From positions 70,805 to 134,804 of the forward strand of contig JAFGRY010000031.1 of assembly GCA_016934955.1 (NCBI GenBank): a stretch of DNA of 64,000 nucleotides, given 5' to 3'. The position numbers were made by a program, and so were the translations under genes. How positions within the stretch are numbered: position 1 is the first letter of the stretch; each line of letters begins with the position of its first letter. Below the pieces are notes generated by a model that was not told where the DNA came from, ran no database searches, and saw only the letters and a list, made by a program, of their open reading frames with translations. Positions 1 to 8,381 of this stretch are shown piece after piece. The DNA is from a bacterium (GTDB lineage Bacteria; Zhuqueibacterota; QNDG01; JAGLOF01).

Positions 1-303
1 CGAAATATGATCGAACGGGCGGTTCTCGTGTCACACGGCAGTGTCATCACCCTGCAGGACGCCGGGCTCGCATACCGTGACGGAACAGAGAGCAAGGGAC
101 CGGACGGCGGTCCGCCGCTTCTCCCCCCTCTCACACAATCGGGTGTGGATTTCTCCGCCCTCGAAGCCATGGTCGAGACATACTATTTCGATGCCGCGCT
201 TCGCCTCAGCGGCGGCAATGAAAGCGGTGCCGCGCGGCTGCTGAACCTGAACCACCATACATTCCGGTACCGGCGCAAAGCACATCCTCCATCCAGCGGC
301 TGA
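1..303 (+). CDS. C-terminal fragment of a sigma-54-dependent transcriptional activator (Fis-type HTH); 5' end lies outside the window
   Basis: The frame is open from base 1. The C-terminal 'GGNESGAARLLNLNHHTFRYRRK' fits the Fis-type helix-turn-helix that terminates NtrC-family enhancer-binding proteins. Stop at 301-303. Confidence 0.6.
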   Translation, partial: RNMIERAVLVSHGSVITLQDAGLAYRDGTESKGPDGGPPLLPPLTQSGVDFSALEAMVETYYFDAALRLSGGNESGAARLLNLNHHTFRYRRKAHPPSSG

Positions 304-319
304 TCCGCACCCCGGCGTT

Positions 320-337
320 ATTCGCAAAATTGCGAAT
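320..337. promoter_or_regulatory. Inverted repeat ATTCGCAA-aa-TTGCGAAT, candidate upstream activator site
   Basis: Perfect 8-nt arms separated by 2 nt, read directly from the sequence. It lies about 110-130 nt upstream of the sigma-54-like -24/-12 element, the usual distance for EBP binding sites. Confidence 0.3.
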
Positions 338-447
338 CCGCATTTGAAATTATGCTAATCAATCACCCGGGCGGACACCTCCCGGCCACTCTTCAAACCC
401 ACCCCAAAATCAATATAAACAAGATATTGAAATAATTGCATCTTTTC

Positions 448-463
448 TGGCACACTCTTCGCT
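448..463 (+). promoter_or_regulatory. Sigma-54 (-24/-12) type promoter candidate
   Basis: TGGCAC-actct-TCGCT has one mismatch to the consensus TGGCAC-N5-TTGCW. It sits 49 nt upstream of the receiver-gene ATG at 512 and just downstream of an EBP gene. Confidence 0.5.
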
Positions 464-511
464 TTGTTCCCGCCTGAACGACAGTGCGATCTAGGGCCGG
501 AGTGCGGACAG

Positions 512-946
512 ATGACGATCTACCAGACATTGCAGTCACTGCAGACGCTGCTCATCGATGACGACGAATGGATACGAAATGCGATGAGCATCGTCTTTGA
601 GAATGAGGGGTGTCCCTTTACTGCTGTTGAAACCGCTGAAGAGGCACTGGTATGCCTGAGACGGACCGCATATGACATTATTATCTGTGATTATCGCCTT
701 CCGGGTATGGACGGTCTGCAATTTTTTCAGCGCATCGGCGCCTCCTGCCCCGGCACAGTAAAGGTCCTGATCACCGCTTATGGCAGTGCGGAACTCTATG
801 AGACCGCCCTGACGGCAGGTATTCATGAAATTATCGAGAAACCGTTCAGCACCACCATCATCGAGGAAGCGCTGCAGCGGCTGCTCTCCCGCTCCGGACC
901 CGCACCTCACCCTATTAACGAAAAAGGAGACATTGCCGGAACATGA
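512..946 (+). CDS. Stand-alone response regulator receiver (CheY-like) protein
   Basis: Receiver motifs are present: 'LLIDDDE', 'IIICDYRLPGMDG', 'VLITAYG', 'EKPF'. I prefer the ATG at 512 (GGAG about 10 nt upstream) over the TTG at 464, which would lie upstream of the predicted sigma-54 transcription start. Confidence 0.85.
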   Translation: MTIYQTLQSLQTLLIDDDEWIRNAMSIVFENEGCPFTAVETAEEALVCLRRTAYDIIICDYRLPGMDGLQFFQRIGASCPGTVKVLITAYGSAELYETALTAGIHEIIEKPFSTTIIEEALQRLLSRSGPAPHPINEKGDIAGT

Positions 947-1007
947 TACTCATACAGACACCGTTTTCAACCACCACCTGTCACCGTTAATTCTGGAGGG
1001 ATATACA

Positions 1008-2294
1008 ATGAATCAAAAGGCTTACAACCCGTTCGACACGGCAAAGGCGCAGTTTGACAAGGTCGCCGAAATGCTGGAACTCGACAACGGGACCCGCGCG
1101 CTCCTGCGCAATACAATGAAAGAATACCATTTCAATATTCCGGTCCGCATGGATGACGGAACCGTCACGGTATTCCGCGGTTTCCGCGTGGTGCACAATG
1201 ACGCCCGGGGTCCGGCAAAAGGCGGTATTCGTTTTCACCCCCAGGAAACAATCGACACGGTTCGCGCCCTTTCGATGTGGATGACCTGGAAATGTGCGGT
1301 GGTCGACATTCCTCTGGGCGGTGCCAAAGGAGGGGTCATCTGTGATCCCCACCATCTCAGCAGCCGTGAGCAGGAGCAGATCTGCCGCGGCTGGATGCGC
1401 CAGCTTTCCCGGGATGTCGGTCCGCTGCAGGATGTACCGGCACCGGACGTCATGACAAATTCGCAGCACATGCTCTGGATGCTCGATGAATATGAAACAC
1501 TTCGCAATGGACGCTACCCGGGGGTTATCACCGGCAAACCGGTGGGCATGGGCGGATCACTGGGCAGAACCGAGGCCACGGGATACGGCGTCATGTACAC
1601 GGTGAGGGAGGCCCTGAAAGAGATGAATATCCGGCCCGAAGATACCACCGCCTCATTCCAGGGCTTCGGCAACGTCTCACAGTACGCCATTCGCCTCTAT
1701 CAGCAGATGGGCGGAACGGCCGTCGCGGCTTCCTGCTGGGACCAGAACGACCAACGGTCCTACACGTTCCGCAAATCCGGCGGCATCGACATGGAAGAGC
1801 TCATGCCGATCACCGACAAATTCGGTGCCATTGACCGGAAGAAGGCGGAAAAACTCGGGTATGAGATTCTCGACGGGGGTGAATGGATCACCCAGGATGT
1901 CGACATTCTGGTTCCGGCGGCGCTTGAAAATGAAATCAACGCCGAGACGGTGACCAGTATAAAGGACAGTGTAAAAATAATCGCCGAGGGTGCGAACGGT
2001 CCCACAACGATCGAAGCCGACAAGGTGCTGCACGAACGGGGCATCTTTGTCATTCCCGATTTTCTGGCGAACGCCGGAGGCGTGACCTGCAGTTATTTCG
2101 AGCAGGTGCAGTGCAACATGAATTACTACTGGGAAAAGGACGAAGTGCTGGGCAAACTGGACACGAAAATGACCGCGGCATTCATCGCCGTCAGCGAACT
2201 TGCCAAGCAGAAGAATCTCTATATGCGTGATGCCGCCTATGTGATTGCCATTGACAGAGTGGCTCAGGCATGTAAAAACCGTGGCTGGGCGTAA
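1008..2294 (+). CDS. gdhA: Glutamate dehydrogenase (Glu/Leu/Phe/Val dehydrogenase family)
   Basis: 'GPAKGGIRFHP', 'KCAVVDIPLGGAKGG' and 'GFGNVSQY' are catalytic-Lys and Rossmann motifs typical of hexameric GDH. ATG at 1008 is preceded by GGAGGG (995-1000). The 825 start would overlap the receiver gene. Confidence 0.95.
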   Translation: MNQKAYNPFDTAKAQFDKVAEMLELDNGTRALLRNTMKEYHFNIPVRMDDGTVTVFRGFRVVHNDARGPAKGGIRFHPQETIDTVRALSMWMTWKCAVVDIPLGGAKGGVICDPHHLSSREQEQICRGWMRQLSRDVGPLQDVPAPDVMTNSQHMLWMLDEYETLRNGRYPGVITGKPVGMGGSLGRTEATGYGVMYTVREALKEMNIRPEDTTASFQGFGNVSQYAIRLYQQMGGTAVAASCWDQNDQRSYTFRKSGGIDMEELMPITDKFGAIDRKKAEKLGYEILDGGEWITQDVDILVPAALENEINAETVTSIKDSVKIIAEGANGPTTIEADKVLHERGIFVIPDFLANAGGVTCSYFEQVQCNMNYYWEKDEVLGKLDTKMTAAFIAVSELAKQKNLYMRDAAYVIAIDRVAQACKNRGWA

Positions 2295-2329
2295 CACATC
2301 AACAGACACAGCTGCCTGTTACAACCAAC

Positions 2330-2363
2330 GTGCGGAAGGCTGCGCGGACACAGCCTTCCGCAC
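2330..2363 (+). other. Perfect 13-bp stem / 8-nt loop hairpin in the gdh-to-paralog-A spacer
   Basis: GTGCGGAAGGCTG (2330-2342), cgcggaca, CAGCCTTCCGCAC (2351-2363). No T-tract follows. Confidence 0.6.
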
Positions 2364-2410
2364 AGCCACCTCAGGATAACAGAGCCGAATCGGCGAGAAA
2401 GGTGTACATA

Positions 2411-4144
2411 ATGGGAGCACATGCTGGTATTCCCCCGTTTATCCGCAAAGAATTTACCGGGCAGGAAGCGGTTACCATGATCGGCAGCGGCGACATCGGA
2501 GGAAAGGCATCGGGGCTGCTGTCACTCGCTGCCGCCGTTGCCGGCAGTGCCGTCCCGGCTCAGTTTGCGGGAGCGGTAATCGATATACCCCGATTTACCG
2601 TCATCGCCACCGATTTCTTTGATCAATTCATGGCGGAAAACACCCTCTCCCCGTTCACCCGTGACGATCTGCCCGATGAACGGATCGCCCACCATTTTCA
2701 GCTGGCAGACCTGCCGGCTAACCTTGCCGGTGATCTCTGGGCGCTGACGCTGAACACGCATGTACCGCTGGCGGTCCGGTCATCGAGCCTTCTTGAGGAC
2801 AGCCTGAAACAACCGTTTGCCGGTATCTATGCGACGAAAATGATCCCCAACAATCAGCCCGATGCCGAAACGAGATTCGCCCGTTTGACGGAAGCGATCA
2901 AATTTGTATATGCCTCGACCTTTTTCAAAAACGCCCGTAACTACCGGCGGGCAACAGGGAGCGGCGTCAGGGATGAAAAAATGGCCGTGATCATTCAGGA
3001 AGTGGCCGGATTACCCCGGCACATGCGGTTTTATCCCGATATTTCCGGAGTTATCCGGACATACAATCCATACCCGTTCGGCAGTGCCGACCCGGAAAGC
3101 GGGATTGTCACCCTCGCCCTCGGCCTGGGCAAGACCATCGTCGACGGAGGCGTATCCTGGTCATTTTCTCCTGACTATCCGGCAGCCCCTCCCCCCTGCG
3201 GTTCGACAACCGAACTGCTCAAACAGACGCAAACATCTTTCTGGGCCGTGAACATGGCAAAATCCCCCGGAGCCGATCCTCTCAGGGAAACTGAATTCCT
3301 TCTCCATCTGGGATTGCGGGACGCGGAATATGACAATGTGCTGCCGCTCCTGGCGTCAACCTACGATCCGGCATCCGACACCGTCTATATCGGGACCGGC
3401 AGAGCCGGCCCGCGCATCCTCAATTTCGGACCGCTGCTGCAGCTCAACGACCTGCCGTTCACCGGTATCATCTCCGCCGTCTCGCACACCTGTCGAACCC
3501 TCGCCGGCGGCCATGTGGAAATCGAGTTCGCGGCCACTATCAACAAGCAGGAATCCCGGCCGCTCAGATTCAGCCTGCTGCAGATGCGAAAGACGGCGAT
3601 TCCCGCCGATTCGGTCAATTATGAGATCTTCGACACAGCTGGAGCGGCGCTGATAGTCTCTGAGCGGATACTGGGCAACGGCGTGAGAGATAACATTCGG
3701 GACATCGTGTTCGTTCGGCCGGACACGTTCGATTTCAGCCGTTCCCGGGAAGCGGCCAGGGAGATCGCCCTGCTGAACGATCGCCTGGTCAATGAAAACC
3801 GGCCCTATATTCTGATCGGCTTCGGCCGCTGGGGCAGCTCTGATCCCTGGCTGGGAATTCCGGTGAACTGGAGCCAGATATCGGGTGCATCGGTAATCGT
3901 GGAATGCGACCACCCGGAGCGGTCCATCGATTTCAGTCAGGGGTCACACTTTTTTCATAATGTTTCCAATCTAAATATTTTGTATTTTTCAGTGCGGCCC
4001 GGTATATCCGGACGCATAGACTGGGACTGGCTGATGCACCAGCTGCCCTGCCACTCGTCTCCGCTGGTACAGCATATTCGTCTGGGAACACCGCTGCGGA
4101 CCGCCGCATCATTCAGGCAGAGAAAGGGAGTCGTTGTCGTATGA
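2411..4144 (+). CDS. PEP/pyruvate-binding (PPDK_N ATP-grasp) domain protein, paralog A; no swivel-His domain seen
   Basis: Motifs 'GGKASGLL', 'VRSSSLLEDS..FAGIYATKMIPNN', 'EKMAVIIQEV', 'EIEFAA...LLQMRK', then a C-terminal 'GFGRWGSSDPWLGIPVNW...SQGSHFFHN'. ATG at 2411 has an AGAAAGG upstream. The alternative GTG at 2330 sits inside the hairpin. Confidence 0.8.
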   Translation: MGAHAGIPPFIRKEFTGQEAVTMIGSGDIGGKASGLLSLAAAVAGSAVPAQFAGAVIDIPRFTVIATDFFDQFMAENTLSPFTRDDLPDERIAHHFQLADLPANLAGDLWALTLNTHVPLAVRSSSLLEDSLKQPFAGIYATKMIPNNQPDAETRFARLTEAIKFVYASTFFKNARNYRRATGSGVRDEKMAVIIQEVAGLPRHMRFYPDISGVIRTYNPYPFGSADPESGIVTLALGLGKTIVDGGVSWSFSPDYPAAPPPCGSTTELLKQTQTSFWAVNMAKSPGADPLRETEFLLHLGLRDAEYDNVLPLLASTYDPASDTVYIGTGRAGPRILNFGPLLQLNDLPFTGIISAVSHTCRTLAGGHVEIEFAATINKQESRPLRFSLLQMRKTAIPADSVNYEIFDTAGAALIVSERILGNGVRDNIRDIVFVRPDTFDFSRSREAAREIALLNDRLVNENRPYILIGFGRWGSSDPWLGIPVNWSQISGASVIVECDHPERSIDFSQGSHFFHNVSNLNILYFSVRPGISGRIDWDWLMHQLPCHSSPLVQHIRLGTPLRTAASFRQRKGVVVV

Positions 4145-7100
4145 GTATCAAACAATCGGAAATGGATGATCTGCTCGACAGCCTGCAGGAACGGGCCAAG
4201 GAGCTTAACTGCTTTTACCAGCTGGAAGAAGTGCTCATCCGCCATGACCTGGAACTGCCCGAACTGTTCCGTCATATCATTGCCATCATACCTCCCGGCT
4301 GGCAGCATCCGAATATCTGTCAGGCCCGCATCATCTATGAGGACGCCGCCTATGAACCGGCCGGTTTCAAAACGCCGGTGGCGGTGCTCAGCGCCGACAT
4401 CACCATTCAGGAAGAAGTGAAAGGCAGGGTCGAGGTTTCCTATACCGAATCGGTTCCCGCCGGCAAAGACGGCTTTTTTCTCAAGGAGGAGAAACGGCTG
4501 ATCTCCACCATAGCCGACCGGATCGCCGGGACCATTCTCTACCGGCAGCTAAGCGGCGGAACCGGTATCGCCGCTGAGAAACAGAAGGAGCACCCGCTTC
4601 GGGATGATACCGAATGGGCCGCCATCATGGACATGCTGCTGAAATCGGACAAGAATCTCTTTATCCATATCTGCAGAAAAATGCTCCACTATCTGTACTG
4701 GAACGGTATTGAAGAGGCTGACACGCTGCTCAAACAGTTCGAGGTCAAGACAACAAAGGACGAACTGGAGGACTGCAACAGACCTTCGAGAAAAAGGACC
4801 ATGCTCCATCTTATCGATCTGAGCAAGGAGGTACTGAAAGTAGCCCAGGAGTCCTTTGACAGTGACCGCATTCTGAGAAATATTCAGAAATGGATCCAGG
4901 AGGACAAATCACGCTTCCTCATTCGGGCGATCGATGACCCGAACGCATCGATCTCTGAAATTATCGATGCGATTTCACGCTATCACACTATTGTGCAGGA
5001 AGGCTTCGAAATAGCACCGGCCATGGAGAAGGGACTGAGAGTCTCCCTTATCCGCCGTTTTTTCTCCGACCAGCTCGAATTCATCAATATTGCCAAACAG
5101 TACATCGACATTCATGACTACTATTACATCATCAAGGATCTGATCTTCAGCCCCAGAAGCCACGGGAGTCTCGGCGGGAAAAGCGCGGGGCTCTTTCTCG
5201 CCTCGCAGATCGTCAAAAAACACGCATCCGCGCATCCGGTCCTGCGGGACATCAGAACACCGAAAACATGGTACATCACATCAGACACCATGATCAACTT
5301 CCTCCACTACAACAACCTGGAACAGGTTATTGAACAGAAATACAAGGATATGGATGAAATTATCATCGAGTATCACAACATCATCCAGATATTCAAGAAC
5401 TCGCCCTTTCCACCGGAAATCCTTCGCCGGCTCTCCGTGCTCGTCGATGATATCGGCGAGATCCCCATTATCGTTCGCAGCTCGAGCCTGCTGGAGGATC
5501 GTCTCGGTGCCGCATTTTCGGGTAAATACAAAAGCCTCTTCCTTCCGAATCAGGGCAGCCGGGAGCAGCGTCTTGACGCCCTGACGGATGCGATTGCGGA
5601 GATCTACGCGTCCACATTCGGGCCGGATCCCATCGAATACCGCAAAGAGAAGGGGCTCATCGATTTTTTCGAAGAAATGGGCGTGATGATCCAGGAAGTT
5701 GTGGGAAAACAGGTCGGTGACTATTTCTTCCCCGCCTTCGCCGGCGTGGCCTTCAGCAACAATGATTTCCGCTGGTCGCCCCGCATAAAAAGAGAGGACG
5801 GACTTCTGCGCATGGTTCCCGGGCTGGGAACGCGGGCGGTGGACCGCCTGTCCGACGACTATCCCGTTCTCGTCTCGCCGGGCTGTCCCGAACTGAAAGT
5901 CTCGATCACACCCGATGAAGTGATCCGGTACTCGCCCAAATGCATCGATGTCATCAATCTGAAAACGCATACATTTGAGACGGTCGAAGTGCCGCAGCTG
6001 CTGAGGGAGCAGGGAGACAGCTATCCGCTGATCAGTAAAATCATTTCCGCGGTAAAAGACAACCACGTCACCGGTTCACTCTCTTCGCTCAATATTGACT
6101 TCAGCAGTGACGATCTGGTCGTGACATTCGACGGCATCATCACCAAAACACCCCTGGTCAAGCAGATATTCACGCTCCTGCAGCTGCTGAAACGGGAGTA
6201 CAGAACACCGGTTGATATCGAATTCGCCCATGACGGCGACCATCTCTATCTTCTCCAGTGCCGGCCCCAGTCACATTCGGGTGATCTCTCCCCCACGCCG
6301 ATACCCAGAGACATCCCCGCTGACAAAATGCTCTTCAGCGCCCAACGATACGTTGCGAACGGTACGGTGACGAACGTCACTCACATCGTCTATGTCGATC
6401 CGGAAGCGTACAGCCGTGCTGCAAACGAGGATGAGCTGAAGAGAGTGGGCCGTGCCGTCAGCCGGCTGAACCAGCTCCTTCCAAAACGGCAGTTCATCCT
6501 CATGGGACCGGGACGCTGGGGCAGCAGAGGTGACATCAAGCTGGGGGTGAGCGTCACCTATTCCGATATCAGCAATACGGCGGCCTTGATCGAAATCGCA
6601 AAAAAGACCGGCAATTTCACACCCGATCTTTCGTTCGGAACTCACTTTTTTCAGGATCTGGTCGAATCGTCGATACGCTACCTTCCGCTCTACCCGGATG
6701 ATGAACAGATCGTATTCAACGAAGCGTTCCTCCTCAAAAGCCGGAATCTTCTCTCGGAACTGATTCCCGAGTTCACTGATCTGGAGCAGACGATCCGGGT
6801 GATCGATGTGCCCGGCCAGACCGATGGCCGCGTCCTGAACATACTGATGAACGCCGACCTTGACGAAGCGGTGGCGCTATTCGCTGAACCCGGCAGGATA
6901 TACGCCCGGACACATGAAAAGATGACCAGCATCACCGACATCAGCGCCCCGGACGAATTCTGGAAATGGCGGTACCACATGGCGGAAACGATCGCCCGTC
7001 ATCTCGATGTTGAGCGGTTCGGGGTCCAGGGGTGTTATCTGTTCGGCAGCACGAAAAACGCCACGGCCGGCCCGGCCAGCGATATCGATCTGCTCATCCA

Positions 7101-7329
7101 CTTTCGGGGAACACCGCAGCAGGAACACGATCTTGTCAACTGGCTGGAAGGGTGGAGCCTGACTCTGGCCGAAATGAACTATCTGAAGACGGGATATCGA
7201 ACGGACGGCCTCCTGGATGTTCACATCATTACCGATGATGACATCAGGAACAAGACGAGCTACGCGGTAAAAATCGGCGCGGTGACCGACGCCGCGAAGG
7301 CGCTGCCGCTTACCCGGGCGGAAGCATGA
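4141..7329 (+). CDS. Multidomain PPDK_N protein, paralog B: N-terminal sensor-like region + PPDK_N ATP-grasp + shared C-module + C-terminal Pol-beta-type nucleotidyltransferase domain
   Basis: 'KELNCFYQLEEVL...GFFLKEEKRLISTIADRI' at the N-terminus; 'GGKSAGLFL', 'VRSSSLLEDRLGAAFSGKYKSLFLPN', 'VDIEFAHDGDHLYLLQCRPQ'; 'GPGRWGSRGD...SFGTHFFQDL'; C-terminal 'YLFGSTKNATAGPASDIDLLIHF' (NTase G-S...D-x-D). ATGA overlap with paralog A (4141-4144). Confidence 0.8.
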   Translation: MSIKQSEMDDLLDSLQERAKELNCFYQLEEVLIRHDLELPELFRHIIAIIPPGWQHPNICQARIIYEDAAYEPAGFKTPVAVLSADITIQEEVKGRVEVSYTESVPAGKDGFFLKEEKRLISTIADRIAGTILYRQLSGGTGIAAEKQKEHPLRDDTEWAAIMDMLLKSDKNLFIHICRKMLHYLYWNGIEEADTLLKQFEVKTTKDELEDCNRPSRKRTMLHLIDLSKEVLKVAQESFDSDRILRNIQKWIQEDKSRFLIRAIDDPNASISEIIDAISRYHTIVQEGFEIAPAMEKGLRVSLIRRFFSDQLEFINIAKQYIDIHDYYYIIKDLIFSPRSHGSLGGKSAGLFLASQIVKKHASAHPVLRDIRTPKTWYITSDTMINFLHYNNLEQVIEQKYKDMDEIIIEYHNIIQIFKNSPFPPEILRRLSVLVDDIGEIPIIVRSSSLLEDRLGAAFSGKYKSLFLPNQGSREQRLDALTDAIAEIYASTFGPDPIEYRKEKGLIDFFEEMGVMIQEVVGKQVGDYFFPAFAGVAFSNNDFRWSPRIKREDGLLRMVPGLGTRAVDRLSDDYPVLVSPGCPELKVSITPDEVIRYSPKCIDVINLKTHTFETVEVPQLLREQGDSYPLISKIISAVKDNHVTGSLSSLNIDFSSDDLVVTFDGIITKTPLVKQIFTLLQLLKREYRTPVDIEFAHDGDHLYLLQCRPQSHSGDLSPTPIPRDIPADKMLFSAQRYVANGTVTNVTHIVYVDPEAYSRAANEDELKRVGRAVSRLNQLLPKRQFILMGPGRWGSRGDIKLGVSVTYSDISNTAALIEIAKKTGNFTPDLSFGTHFFQDLVESSIRYLPLYPDDEQIVFNEAFLLKSRNLLSELIPEFTDLEQTIRVIDVPGQTDGRVLNILMNADLDEAVALFAEPGRIYARTHEKMTSITDISAPDEFWKWRYHMAETIARHLDVERFGVQGCYLFGSTKNATAGPASDIDLLIHFRGTPQQEHDLVNWLEGWSLTLAEMNYLKTGYRTDGLLDVHIITDDDIRNKTSYAVKIGAVTDAAKALPLTRAEA

Positions 7330-8188
7330 CGCGCGCCGCTTTCTCCGGTTCGCGGGGATCGAAACGGACGAGGGCAAGGTCAGGCCCCTCGTGAGCGGCC
7401 GAGAAGAGACAGGTGCCGTTTATCCGGTCCTGCCAGCTGCCCGTTATTCGCGCCGATTCATGGACATGCCCGTGCATGGTCACCAGGGGATGGCGGTTCT
7501 CGATAAACCGCTTTACGGCGATGCTTCCGACATGCACGTCCAGCGGTACGTAATCGACCATTTTCCCGTCAAGGGCGGCCCTGTCCAGTTTTGTCTGGTA
7601 GGGCGGCGCATGAAAAAGGAAAAGCGAGCGTGACAGATCCCTCCCGGCCGCGAGATGCTCAAGATCCTCGCTGATCGTCGTATATTCAAGCCGGGACACC
7701 GGCACCGGAACGGTCAGCGATCCTTCAAAGGGTGCCGTACACCCCGGATCGGTATACCGGGAAACATCGTACCGCTCCCAATCCTTCAGGCGAAAGGGGG
7801 TCGGCGGCACATTGGCGTAACCGTAAATGTCGAATCCGCGCCAGGAAACCCGCCGGTTGTGAACATAGGTCCAGAGTCCGGATGTGGCGACGTCCAGCAC
7901 CGAGGCCTCTTCAATCCGCGCGTCATCATTACCCAGAATTAAAAACACATCAGGATACTCATCCTCCAGGTCACGCCGCAGCCGGCTGAAGCCCTCCGCG
8001 AGGCAGGTATGAATGAAATCACGGTGCGACGCCTTCAGGGTGTCGGCGAAAAAGGCGGTCCCCCCCGGCAGCAGATCACCTCCCAGAAAGAGTGCAGCCG
8101 GCCGTTCCTTGCGGACAGCGGCGAACAGGGTCCTGTACAGGGCCATGTTTCCATGCAGATCGCTGACGAAAAAAACCTCGTTTTTCAT
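7310..8188 (-). CDS. Metallophosphoesterase (calcineurin-like)
   Basis: Ordered motifs 'VSDLHGN', 'GGDLL', 'GNDD', 'FHAPP', 'GHVHE'. The 3' end overlaps the 3' end of paralog B by 20 nt (convergent). Confidence 0.8.
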   Translation of the reverse strand: MKNEVFFVSDLHGNMALYRTLFAAVRKERPAALFLGGDLLPGGTAFFADTLKASHRDFIHTCLAEGFSRLRRDLEDEYPDVFLILGNDDARIEEASVLDVATSGLWTYVHNRRVSWRGFDIYGYANVPPTPFRLKDWERYDVSRYTDPGCTAPFEGSLTVPVPVSRLEYTTISEDLEHLAAGRDLSRSLFLFHAPPYQTKLDRAALDGKMVDYVPLDVHVGSIAVKRFIENRHPLVTMHGHVHESARITGSWQDRINGTCLFSAAHEGPDLALVRFDPREPEKAARVMLPPG

Positions 8189-8381
8189 TACCGGGCCGCG
8201 CCTTTCATTAATAAAAACAGATAAACTCCCCGTTCCGCTGCTGATAAATTAGGTGCTTTTCGAGTGAAAGTCAACTCAATTGTGGATGCCGCTGGCATAA
8301 ACAGACTCTGAAAAACCTTGTTTACCAGCCTTTATTTGCGTATTTTTCCAGAGCATTCCCGCCGACGATCAAGGAACGACA

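Noticed and set aside
464-2410. Longer N-terminal extensions offered by the ORF track: TTG 464 for the receiver, 825 for GDH, GTG 2330 for paralog A.
   Set aside because: 464 lies upstream of the predicted sigma-54 transcription start. 825 overlaps the receiver gene, and the GDH homology begins at the ATG at 1008, which has a GGAGGG RBS. 2330 is the first base of a 13-bp hairpin stem.
8293-8307. Possible second sigma-54 promoter (TGGCAT) upstream of paralog C.
   Set aside because: The position expected for the -12 element reads GACT instead of TTGC/GC, so the match is to the -24 half only.
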